Shown piece by piece: positions 1 through 7,939 of a stretch of 64,000 nt of DNA. The translations under genes and the position numbers were made by a program. The stretch comes from an uncultured Streptococcus sp. (lineage in GTDB: Bacteria; Bacillota; Bacilli; Lactobacillales; Streptococcaceae): positions 27,696 through 91,695 of the forward strand of contig NZ_CAURLD010000010.1 of the NCBI RefSeq assembly GCF_963525625.1, in the 5' to 3' direction. Position 1 is the stretch's first letter, and each line of letters starts with the position of its first letter. The notes under the pieces were generated by a model. It saw nothing but the letters and a program-made list of their open reading frames with translations, made no database searches and was not told where the DNA came from.

Positions 1-425
1 TTGTCAGCTTGGAAAAAATTACCGTGGACCAGAAATTGTCCGACATCACTGGCTTCCCTCCCTACCGACTGGTTTGGCGAATCGTCCGTCAGCGCGTTGT
101 AGACCAAATCGCCTCTGTCTTAGATATTGACTATTTAGACAAGGGCATCGTCCCTGACTTGACAAGGGAAATCGGTGAGCAATCCATTTACGCCTATTTG
201 GAAAATGACTTAAAGCTCAACATCGCCTATGCCAAGAAGGAATTTACCATTGACCACGCCAATGACCGAGACAAGATACTCATGGACCTAGGCAAGGACC
301 AGCAGGTCGTCTCAGTCAAGTCTCAGGTCTATCTGGCAGACGGCCGCCAGTTTCAATATACCGAGAGCCGCCACAAGCTCGACAAATTTCGCTTTGTAGA
401 TTTTGCTAAGCGTCAGAAAGAGTAG
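1..425 (+). CDS. GntR/HutC-family transcriptional regulator, C-terminal UTRA-like effector domain (5' end outside the window)
   Basis: The reading frame is open to the window edge. The C-terminal pattern ...YLADGRQFQYTESRHKLDKFRFVDFAKR is typical of HutC-subfamily UTRA domains. A strong terminator follows. Confidence 0.55.
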   Translation, partial: VSLEKITVDQKLSDITGFPPYRLVWRIVRQRVVDQIASVLDIDYLDKGIVPDLTREIGEQSIYAYLENDLKLNIAYAKKEFTIDHANDRDKILMDLGKDQQVVSVKSQVYLADGRQFQYTESRHKLDKFRFVDFAKRQKE

Positions 426-446
426 CCTTCTTCTTTCCATACTACA

Positions 447-487
447 AAACCACCCCTGCCTTCCAGCTGGCAGAGGTGGTTTCTTTT
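447..487 (+). terminator. Rho-independent terminator after the GntR-like gene
   Basis: Stem aaaccacccctgcc / ggcagaggtggttt (one mismatch) with an 8-nt loop, followed by cttttat. Confidence 0.8.
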
Positions 488-837
488 ATGAGTAGTCTAA
501 GGCTGCCTTGTTTTGGAGCGACAAAGAGCCTCAAAATTTCTTTATACTTGTTTTAGGAGATTTATATGAAAAAATTAGTTAAGGGCTTCTGCTGCTTTTT
601 AAACGTTACTGATTCGTATTACTTCCTTTCCTACTTTTGCGCCTGAGAGAATGTCAATATTTGCTTATCATATAGGGTAACTTTAGATGTCATTGGACTG
701 TCCTCATTTCTATTTTGATGCTATTAGTATAACCCCAGAAACTTAAGACAGACTTATAAAAAACTTGAAAGAAACTTAAAAGGCTGACATTAAATATCAC
801 TTTTTCATACTGCATTGATATATGACATTTTTAAAGT

Positions 838-1191
838 CTATACTTGAGAATTCTCAGATTTCCTTCTTTTATAATATTCATCCTCCAATCGTTCTAAGTC
901 TTTCCGATATTTAGCGGTTATTTCTTCCCTCTCTTCACTAAGTGCATCAAAAAATTTTCTGAAAGACAAATCAAATTGTTCCATATTGTCATTCATCTTA
1001 CTAACTGCCCGATATATCTCATCAGTTGAATGATTTCTAGAATAGTAAAGCAATTGTTCACTCAATAAATCCGTCTTTCTCCGAGCATCTAATCTCATAG
1101 AATCCAGTACTTCTTCAACTTGCTCTATTTTCTTTAATTCTTGCTTATATTTCTCTTCTAGTCTGAATATCTGTTCCATAGCAGACCTCAT
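838..1191 (-). CDS. Small all-helical protein (117 aa), candidate second T7SS toxin partner (TlaA/Lap-like)
   Basis: Charged heptad-like sequence with no TM segment or signal peptide. Its ATG overlaps the stop of the upstream 97-aa gene (ATGA). It is the last gene of the toxin operon. Confidence 0.5.
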   Translation of the reverse strand: MRSAMEQIFRLEEKYKQELKKIEQVEEVLDSMRLDARRKTDLLSEQLLYYSRNHSTDEIYRAVSKMNDNMEQFDLSFRKFFDALSEEREEITAKYRKDLERLEDEYYKRRKSENSQV

Positions 1192-1481
1192 TTAATAGGG
1201 TTTTGCAGATTTGGTTGTGGGATATTTGTTAGATAATTTGTCGCAGCTGTCGCAGCATTCCCAGAAAATCCACCCTTTAGACTGTTATTGAGAGTAGCAG
1301 TAGCAAAATCAGACATCTGTAGCTTTTGCTCAGCCAACCAAGCAGCTAAAAGACTAGACTGCGCTGTAACCTTAGATTTCTCCGATTGAATCAGAGCATC
1401 GATCATCTCCCGTTCTTGAGCCTTCATTAGTTCAACAAGATTATTATTCGCTGTTAATTCTATTCTTCTGAGATTTACCAT
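1188..1481 (-). CDS. Small helical protein (97 aa), candidate first T7SS toxin partner (TlaA/Lap-like)
   Basis: Strong RBS (taGGAGGaact-ATG) 9 nt after the toxin stop. The sequence looks helical and has no signal peptide. Confidence 0.5.
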   Translation of the reverse strand: MVNLRRIELTANNNLVELMKAQEREMIDALIQSEKSKVTAQSSLLAAWLAEQKLQMSDFATATLNNSLKGGFSGNAATAATNYLTNIPQPNLQNPIK

Positions 1482-1489
1482 AGTTCCTC

Positions 1490-3001
1490 CTACTTGCTAC
1501 TAAACTGTATACTTCCTTGACGATCCACTTCTTCGAGTCTATCAGCTGCTTGGCGTATATTAGAACCAAAAATATCCAATTTTTGTTTGTAAGAAGCCGC
1601 CTCACTTAGCGTTGCTTCTTCAACCCCACTATCCCAACAAGTCTCCAATGTAAATTGGGACAAGATCGATTCCAACTCATCATCCGATAAATAGATTCTG
1701 CTACCATAAGCTATCAATCGGAGTGATGTCACCATGTTTTCAATATTTTGCTTATATTCACTCAATTTTTGCTTGATTAGCTCTTCAAACTCTGCTCCTT
1801 GCTGTTCAGCTAAATCCGCAACTGCAGTCACAAGATCTTTTCGCAGATAAACCAGCTGGCTCCCACTAACGCTTGAAAAACCAGACTGAGCCGAAGAAAT
1901 TGTCTCAATCGCACGATTAATAGCCAATAAGCGCTTATATCTAGCCTCAGATATAAACTCACCGTATATCTTTTTATACTCTTTAACATAGTATTCTTCA
2001 TCGTGTTTGTCCCAGAAAGGTGACTGTTCGGCTTTAATTTTAGCTGCTTTACGCACCTGCTTCTCCGTCATACCAACAAAGAATTCACCTTTTTTTGCAT
2101 ACCAGTCTAAATCCAGCATATTACCAATCTTGGGCGGAAACTTTTCATAGTATTCTCGAATGAAGTAAGCTTCATCGTGTTTGTCCCAGATAGGGGTTCG
2201 CTCAGCTTTGATTTTAGCAGCTGCACGTACCTGATCTGGAGTCATCCCTGATACAAACTCACCCCTCTTAGCATACTTTTCTGTATCAAGTCTATTGCCA
2301 ACAATATAGAATGCTGCAGGGTTGTGATCTTCTGCAGGGGAATGCAGTCCTTGCGTTCCTTCACGGGAAATAATATTAGCATAAGGAATCCGTCCACCGC
2401 TACTATCCATTATGGTCGTATCTTTCGTATTAGCATCATAGGTCGTAACATGTCGATTGATATATGCTAAATCACTGGCAGTAAAATTCCCCTTATCAAG
2501 AGCAGCCTGAGCACCCCAGTCTGTATAATTGACGACCATAGGGACGTTATGTTCCGCTGCTATCTTGACAACTGGAGTTGCCGATTGACTAAAGCCACTC
2601 ATGGCATAAATTCTGACCGGCTGGTTTAGCTTCTTGTCACCTACTTCTGTAATCTTCTGGACACGCTGATAAAAAGCTTCAATATCCTCATACTGAGCTG
2701 TCATTCCATCCCCATAAGCACCCCCAAATGCATTGCTGGTTGATGCCCAATGGTCTGAACTGATAGGGTTGGCAAAAACTGGCTGGGTTCCTGCGACTGT
2801 CACAATAGTCTGGGAAACAATGGGCTCCCCATTAGCATCCAAGGGAGCTACTGCAATAGCCTGAGTCACCCCCTCCATTCGGTCAATGATTTGAAAATTT
2901 TGGCCTGTAGCTTTGTTTTCAATTATCTTTTCTGATGGATTTGTTGCGTAAAATTTTGTATCAGATTGTATACGCTGAATATCCTGGTGGGTTACTCCCA
3001 T
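1490..3001 (-). CDS. Candidate secreted polymorphic toxin: N-terminal alpha/beta-hydrolase (lipase-like) domain, internal 2x ~52-aa repeat, C-terminal ~150-aa helical (LXG-like, reversed) domain
   Basis: 503 aa with no signal peptide. The strand-plus-nucleophile-elbow-like motif VRIYAMSGFSQSA has a candidate Ser at aa 138. The GGGAGG RBS and the ATG overlap the stop of the preceding paralog. The helical C-terminus contains IYLSDDE (a YxxxD-type motif). Confidence 0.55.
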   Translation of the reverse strand: MGVTHQDIQRIQSDTKFYATNPSEKIIENKATGQNFQIIDRMEGVTQAIAVAPLDANGEPIVSQTIVTVAGTQPVFANPISSDHWASTSNAFGGAYGDGMTAQYEDIEAFYQRVQKITEVGDKKLNQPVRIYAMSGFSQSATPVVKIAAEHNVPMVVNYTDWGAQAALDKGNFTASDLAYINRHVTTYDANTKDTTIMDSSGGRIPYANIISREGTQGLHSPAEDHNPAAFYIVGNRLDTEKYAKRGEFVSGMTPDQVRAAAKIKAERTPIWDKHDEAYFIREYYEKFPPKIGNMLDLDWYAKKGEFFVGMTEKQVRKAAKIKAEQSPFWDKHDEEYYVKEYKKIYGEFISEARYKRLLAINRAIETISSAQSGFSSVSGSQLVYLRKDLVTAVADLAEQQGAEFEELIKQKLSEYKQNIENMVTSLRLIAYGSRIYLSDDELESILSQFTLETCWDSGVEEATLSEAASYKQKLDIFGSNIRQAADRLEEVDRQGSIQFSSK

Positions 3002-3600
3002 TTACCTACCTCCCGTACATCTACTCGTCTGATTTCTAAATTATAGATAATCTCAGCCTTGGGACTACCTTGGCTATTTTTTTCTACTCCTTTTAGCGAT
3101 CCTTTTTGTGAATAAGCAGTAATTATAGCATCAGTACTCTTATACGTCTTCAATTTTAGGTGTTCTGGGAGATGTTGATATTGTCCTACTTCAATAGATT
3201 CATTTTTTTCATTATATAAATATATAATTTCTGAACCATCATTGACATTAAAATCCAACTCAATTCCAGAAGTCAAAACATAATTAGGAACTAAAGTATC
3301 AATAGTTCCATCATTTCTAAGATAGACTTTATTACCATAAGTATCATAAACTACTGGAATTATACGAGCGTGGACAAACCCTTCCCCTCTTCCTCCACTT
3401 TTAAAAATAGGAGAAAATTCGATTTTGCTGATACCGCTGTAATGCTCTTTTAGGTAGGTTGCGATTTGTTCTTCATAGAGCTGAAAACCATGCCGGTAGA
3501 GATTATCCACTTTCATTCGATCCATATAAAATTTACCTCCTATTACTAGTACAAAAAAACAAAGCAAAGATAAAAGAATAGATTTTGTTCGTTTAGACAT
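2992..3600 (-). CDS. Membrane-anchored paralog 5 (202 aa), candidate immunity protein
   Basis: I take the start at MSKRTKS (GGAGG RBS), not at the longer ORF-track start. It has an N-terminal TM anchor and is about 60-90% similar to the four upstream copies. Its stop overlaps the toxin start. Confidence 0.7.
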   Translation of the reverse strand: MSKRTKSILLSLLCFFVLVIGGKFYMDRMKVDNLYRHGFQLYEEQIATYLKEHYSGISKIEFSPIFKSGGRGEGFVHARIIPVVYDTYGNKVYLRNDGTIDTLVPNYVLTSGIELDFNVNDGSEIIYLYNEKNESIEVGQYQHLPEHLKLKTYKSTDAIITAYSQKGSLKGVEKNSQGSPKAEIIYNLEIRRVDVREVGKWE

Positions 3601-3719
3601 ACAAACCTCCTTTTCTTTATATATTAATTTTACCACAAAAAAGAAGAACGAATGAAAAGAACTCAATTAATCATATGGAAAATTCTTCGTATGTATCTTT
3701 TCCTAAATAAATTAGTGTG

Positions 3720-4325
3720 TTACTGCCATTCGAAAGCCTCTCTTCCCTGCACTCGCCTAATTTCCAAATTATAGATAATCTCAGCCTTGGGACTGCCTTG
3801 ACTATTTTTTTCAACTCCTTTTAGAAGTCCTTCATTCACATAGGCCGTCATAACTTCATCCATGATATCATCCTTCTTTAACTTTAATTCTGGAGGCAGG
3901 TGCTGATACTGATCAGCTTGTATATATTCTTTCTCATCATTTAACAAATGAATAAACTCGGAGCCACCGTACGCAAAATCTAATTCTAGACCGGAAAATG
4001 TTCCATAACGAGGTACTCCAATATCTAGGGGTCTGCCATTTTGGAGATAGGCTTTATTGCCATAATTATCATAAATCACAGGTATAACCCGAGAATGAAC
4101 GAAGCTTTCTCCCTTTCCTCCACTAATAAAAATCGGAGAAAATTCGATTTTATTGATACCGCTGTAATGCTCTTTTAGGTAGGTTGCGATTTGTTCCTCA
4201 TAAAGTTGAAAGCCGTGACGATAGAGATTGTCTACTTTCATTCGATCCATATAAAACTTGCCGCCTATCACAAGAACAACAAAAACTATAAAAGAAAAAA
4301 GAATAGATTTTGTTCGTTTAGACAT
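3720..4325 (-). CDS. Membrane-anchored paralog 4 (201 aa), candidate immunity protein
   Basis: Same family: conserved GGKFYMDRMKVDNLYRHGFQLYEEQIATYLKEHYSGI.KIEFSPIF N-terminal block and NSQGSPKAEIIYNLEIRR C-terminal block. Confidence 0.7.
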   Translation of the reverse strand: MSKRTKSILFSFIVFVVLVIGGKFYMDRMKVDNLYRHGFQLYEEQIATYLKEHYSGINKIEFSPIFISGGKGESFVHSRVIPVIYDNYGNKAYLQNGRPLDIGVPRYGTFSGLELDFAYGGSEFIHLLNDEKEYIQADQYQHLPPELKLKKDDIMDEVMTAYVNEGLLKGVEKNSQGSPKAEIIYNLEIRRVQGREAFEWQ

Positions 4326-4368
4326 TTAAAACTCTCCTCATTCTATCTCAACTTACTAAATTAATCGG

Positions 4369-4977
4369 TTACTTCCATTTATCCAAGTCCCTTTCATCAA
4401 TTCGTTGAATTTCTAAATTATAACTAATCTCAACTTTGGGACTACCTTGGTCATTCTTTTCTACATCTTTAAGATATCCCTCATGAGAAAAAGCTTCCAT
4501 CGATTCATCTGTTGTCTCGTGGTCTACCCATTTCAAATTTTCAGGTAGAGGTTGCCCCCAAATAACACTATTGTGTCTTCTTTTATCATCTCTTAGATTA
4601 ATAATTTCCGAGCCATCATTAACATTAAAATCCAAATCAGTCCCAAATACCATCTTATAATCCACAAGAACCTTCTCAACAAAACCATCATTTCTGAGAT
4701 AGACTTTATTTCCATAACTATCATAAACCACTGGAACTACACGGCCTTGTAAAAAACTTTCCCCATTTCCTCCTGTAATAAAAATAGGGGAAAACTCTAT
4801 TTTACTGATACCGCTGTAATGTTCCTTTAGATAAGTCGCGATTTGTTCCTCATAAAGCTGAAAACCATGCCGGTAAAGATTGTCTATTTTCATTCTATCC
4901 ATATAAAACTTACCTCCTATTACAAGTACGAAAATGCAAAGCAAAGATAAAAGAATATATTTTACTCGTATAGTCAT
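4369..4977 (-). CDS. Membrane-anchored paralog 3 (202 aa), candidate immunity protein
   Basis: Same family and the most diverged copy in its central and C-terminal part. It has a GGAGG RBS. Confidence 0.7.
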   Translation of the reverse strand: MTIRVKYILLSLLCIFVLVIGGKFYMDRMKIDNLYRHGFQLYEEQIATYLKEHYSGISKIEFSPIFITGGNGESFLQGRVVPVVYDSYGNKVYLRNDGFVEKVLVDYKMVFGTDLDFNVNDGSEIINLRDDKRRHNSVIWGQPLPENLKWVDHETTDESMEAFSHEGYLKDVEKNDQGSPKVEISYNLEIQRIDERDLDKWK

Positions 4978-5021
4978 ACAAACCTCCTTTTCTTTCTAGT
5001 CCAACTTACTAAATTGGTGGG

Positions 5022-5630
5022 TTACTTCCATTTGCCTATCTCCCGTACATCTACTCGTCTGATTTCTAAATTATAGACAATCTCAGCCTTGGGACTGCCT
5101 TGACTATTTTTTTCAACTGCCTTTAGATGACCCTCACGGGAAAAAGCAGCCATCACTTCATCCGTAAATTCCTCTTTTTGTAATTTTAACTGTTCTGGAA
5201 GGTGTTGATATATTTCTGAGCTTACAGACTCGCGTTCATTATTTCGCAGATAGATAATCTCTGACCCGTCATTGACATTAAAGCTTAAGTCAAGACCAGC
5301 AAGGGTTCCATAATCTGGCACTGCCATATCTAGCACTCCATCATTTCGTAGATAGACTTTATTTCCATAACTATCATAAACAACTGGGACTATTCGAGCG
5401 TTTACAAAACTTTCTCCTCCTCCCCCACTTTTAAAAATCGGAGAAAATTCGATTTTACTGATACCGCTATAATGCTCCTTTAGATAAGTCGCGATTTGTT
5501 CCTCATAAAGCTGAAAACCGTGCCGGTAGAGATTGTCCACTTTCATTCGATCCATATAAAACTTACCTCCTATTACAAGTACGAAAATGCAAAGCAAAGA
5601 TAAAAGAATTGACTTTATTCGTTTTGACAT
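5022..5630 (-). CDS. Membrane-anchored paralog 2 (202 aa), candidate immunity protein
   Basis: Same family, with a good RBS. Confidence 0.7.
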   Translation of the reverse strand: MSKRIKSILLSLLCIFVLVIGGKFYMDRMKVDNLYRHGFQLYEEQIATYLKEHYSGISKIEFSPIFKSGGGGESFVNARIVPVVYDSYGNKVYLRNDGVLDMAVPDYGTLAGLDLSFNVNDGSEIIYLRNNERESVSSEIYQHLPEQLKLQKEEFTDEVMAAFSREGHLKAVEKNSQGSPKAEIVYNLEIRRVDVREIGKWK

Positions 5631-5674
5631 ATAATTTTCCTCTTCTTTCTATCCAAACTTACCAAATTCGTGCG

Positions 5675-6283
5675 TTACTTCCATTCATAAAACTCCCTTC
5701 CCTGTATGCGTCTAATTTCCAAATTATAGACAATCTTAGCTTGGGGACTGCCTTGGCTATTTTTTTCTACTCCTTTTAAATACCCTGCACGAGAAAAAGC
5801 CTCCATCTTTTCATCAGTAATTTCATCCTTATTCAATTTTAATTCATCTGGTAGATTCTGGTAACTTTCTACACTAATAGACTCTTTCTGATTATTACGC
5901 AAATATATTATTTCCGAACCGTCATTGACATTAAAATCTAAATCAATTCCGGCTGTCATTTCATAATCTGCCACACCCATCTTTAAAACACCATCATTGC
6001 GCAAATATACTTTATTACCATATGTATCATAAACAACTGGGACTATACGAGCATAGACAAAACCTTCTCCACTTCCTCCACTTTTAAAAATTGGAGAAAA
6101 TTCGATTTTACTGATACCACTATAATGCTCTTTTAGGTAGGTTGCGATTTGTTCTTCATAGAGCTGAAAACCATGCCGATATAGATTATCCACTTTCATT
6201 CGATCCATATAAAATTTACCTCCTATCACAAGCACAAAAAGGCAAATCAGTGATAAAAGAATAGATTTCACGCGTTTCATCAT
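5675..6283 (-). CDS. Membrane-anchored paralog 1 (about 202 aa), candidate immunity protein
   Basis: Same family. I prefer the start at MMKRVKS; the ORF-track start at 6295 is also possible. It is the first gene of the operon. Confidence 0.65.
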   Translation of the reverse strand: MMKRVKSILLSLICLFVLVIGGKFYMDRMKVDNLYRHGFQLYEEQIATYLKEHYSGISKIEFSPIFKSGGSGEGFVYARIVPVVYDTYGNKVYLRNDGVLKMGVADYEMTAGIDLDFNVNDGSEIIYLRNNQKESISVESYQNLPDELKLNKDEITDEKMEAFSRAGYLKGVEKNSQGSPQAKIVYNLEIRRIQGREFYEWK

Positions 6284-6391
6284 ACAAAATACCATGTCTT
6301 TCTATATATAGTTTACCATAAAACTAGAGCCTTTTCCGCAATTTTACTATTGAATCATCTCTACCTCAATGACACAAACCTCCTTATTGGG

Positions 6392-6430
6392 ATAATCAAA
6401 AACAGACCTTCTTTATAAGAAAGCCTGTTT
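6392..6430 (-). terminator. Rho-independent terminator after the CNNM/hemolysin-family gene
   Basis: On the minus strand: stem aaacag..cttct / agaag..ctgttt followed by ttgatt. Confidence 0.6.
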
Positions 6431-6447
6431 GATTTACAAAGAGTCAA

Positions 6448-7788
6448 CTATTTATTAGCTTCCTCATCGATTTCCACTTGTTCTGAAATTTCAACTTTCA
6501 CCTTCGTGACACGGCCATTTTTAACCTTGTCATTGGTCAAAATGAGTTTCTTATTCTGACTTTCGACTTCGTAGCTAATGCGTTCTTTCGGATCTGGAAT
6601 AGTCCCTACACAAGTCAAGTAATAACCAGCTATCGTATCTACATCGTCGCTTTCAATCTCAACTTCAAAGTATTCATTAAAGTCATTGAGGGTCATGGTT
6701 CCTAAGACGATGTAGGTATTCTCACCGATTTCATGGACTTCGATTTCAGCCTTGTCAGTCTCATCGTCGATCTCACCGACAATCTCCTCCAAGAGGTCTT
6801 CCAGTGTGACCAGACCAGCCATACCTCCATACTCATCCAAGAGAATCGCCATTTGATTTTGCGTGTTGCGCAGCTCCTTGAGCAAATCATCGACAAACAT
6901 GGTTTCCGGTACAAAGAGCGGTTCCTGCAGGATTTTACGCAGAACGATATTGTCAAAACCATTGATGAATCCTTCATTGAGCAGTCGCTTGGTATGAATC
7001 AGACCGATGACATTGTCCTTATCCCCATCATAGACGGGAATTCGCGAGAAGCTCTGTTTGAGAATGCTTTCAATAATTTCTTTGGTATCGTCCTGAATGT
7101 CCACCATAAAGGCATCCGTCCGCGGCACCATCAGTTCACGCGCCATCAGCTCATCCAGAGAGAAAATCCCCTGCAGCATCTCAATTTCGTCCGCATCCAA
7201 GGTCTCTTCGCTCTTAGTCAGCATATACTCAATCTCGTCCCGGGTCATCTTTTCGTCTGCATCATCAAACTTCATCGGCGTTATCCGGCTCAGCAGGTTG
7301 GTTGATGCTGACAGCAACCAGACGAAGGGGCTGACAATCTTGCCAAGAAAGATAATGACTGGTGCAGCCCGTACAGCTAGATTGTCTTTCAGGTTCATGG
7401 CAATGCGCTTAGGATAAAGCTCCCCCAAAACAATGGAAATATAGGTCAATAGGATCAGGGCCAAGAAAGTTCCGATAGCACGTGCAGTTTCGGAATTTCC
7501 CATCCAAGAAGAGAAAAGTTTTCCCAGATTATCCGCAAAGCTGGCCCCAGACAGGATATTGATAACCGTAATCCCAACCTGAATAGTTGATAAGAAGTTA
7601 TTGGGGCTTTCTAAGACTGCTAAGAGCCGGATATACTTGAGGTCGCCCTCTTCAGCCTTTTGCTCCACACGCGCCCGATTGAGCGATACCATTGCCATCT
7701 CAGCAGCTGAGAAAAAGGCATTTAACAAAGTCAATATAAACAGTAGTAAGGCTTGCCATAACATATTCTGACTGCCAGGGTCTTCCAT
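6448..7788 (-). CDS. CNNM/HlyC-CorC family membrane protein (DUF21 + CBS pair + CorC_HlyC)
   Basis: 446 aa with an N-terminal 4-TM DUF21-like region (AAEMAMVSLN), a central CBS region and a C-terminal transporter-associated domain. Confidence 0.85.
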   Translation of the reverse strand: MEDPGSQNMLWQALLLFILTLLNAFFSAAEMAMVSLNRARVEQKAEEGDLKYIRLLAVLESPNNFLSTIQVGITVINILSGASFADNLGKLFSSWMGNSETARAIGTFLALILLTYISIVLGELYPKRIAMNLKDNLAVRAAPVIIFLGKIVSPFVWLLSASTNLLSRITPMKFDDADEKMTRDEIEYMLTKSEETLDADEIEMLQGIFSLDELMARELMVPRTDAFMVDIQDDTKEIIESILKQSFSRIPVYDGDKDNVIGLIHTKRLLNEGFINGFDNIVLRKILQEPLFVPETMFVDDLLKELRNTQNQMAILLDEYGGMAGLVTLEDLLEEIVGEIDDETDKAEIEVHEIGENTYIVLGTMTLNDFNEYFEVEIESDDVDTIAGYYLTCVGTIPDPKERISYEVESQNKKLILTNDKVKNGRVTKVKVEISEQVEIDEEANK

Positions 7789-7860
7789 TGATTCTTTCTC
7801 CTCGAAAAGTATAGGTAAATCTGATTATATCATATTTTTAAATTTAGTGCACAGGAAATG

Positions 7861-7896
7861 AAAATAAGACGGAAGGCCATTCTTCCGTCTTATTTT
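7861..7896 (-). terminator. Perfect hairpin terminator after the AI-2E transporter gene (possibly bidirectional)
   Basis: aaaataagacggaag-gccatt-cttccgtcttatttt. Confidence 0.85.
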
Positions 7897-7939
7897 CTAG
7901 TCTCGAGACTCTGGATTCAATCGAATTCCAAACTCATCC

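Larger units (their letters stand above)
2992..6295 (-). repeat. Five-copy tandem gene array with a period of about 650 bp
   Basis: Starts at 6283/5630/4977/4325/3600. Three of the four spacers are 43-44 bp and the fourth is 119 bp. Confidence 0.9.

Noticed and set aside
3601-3666. A 22-aa N-terminal extension (MSSFHSFFFFVV...) of immunity paralog 5, and similar extensions on trmL, trkA, rluB, the histidine kinase, SNF2 and the Excalibur lipoprotein.
   Set aside because: In each case the internal ATG has a proper SD and matches the family or paralog N-terminus. The extensions run through RBS, terminator or spacer sequence.
2992-6295. A regularly spaced repeat array that could be mistaken for a CRISPR-like or satellite structure.
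   Set aside because: The period is about 650 bp, and each unit is a complete gene with an RBS. Divergence is concentrated in coding interiors, so it is a paralogous gene array and not CRISPR.
6702-7417. Three 90-190-aa ORFs (6702-6977 minus; 6733-7305 and 7097-7417 plus) inside or antisense to the CNNM/CBS gene.
   Set aside because: They lie entirely within a well-supported 446-aa gene. They have no RBS, their composition is odd, and I recognise no family. They are typical shadow ORFs. The same reasoning applies to the many other internal or antisense ORFs in the track, such as those in murC, der, gnd, malT, SNF2, trkA/H and lysA.
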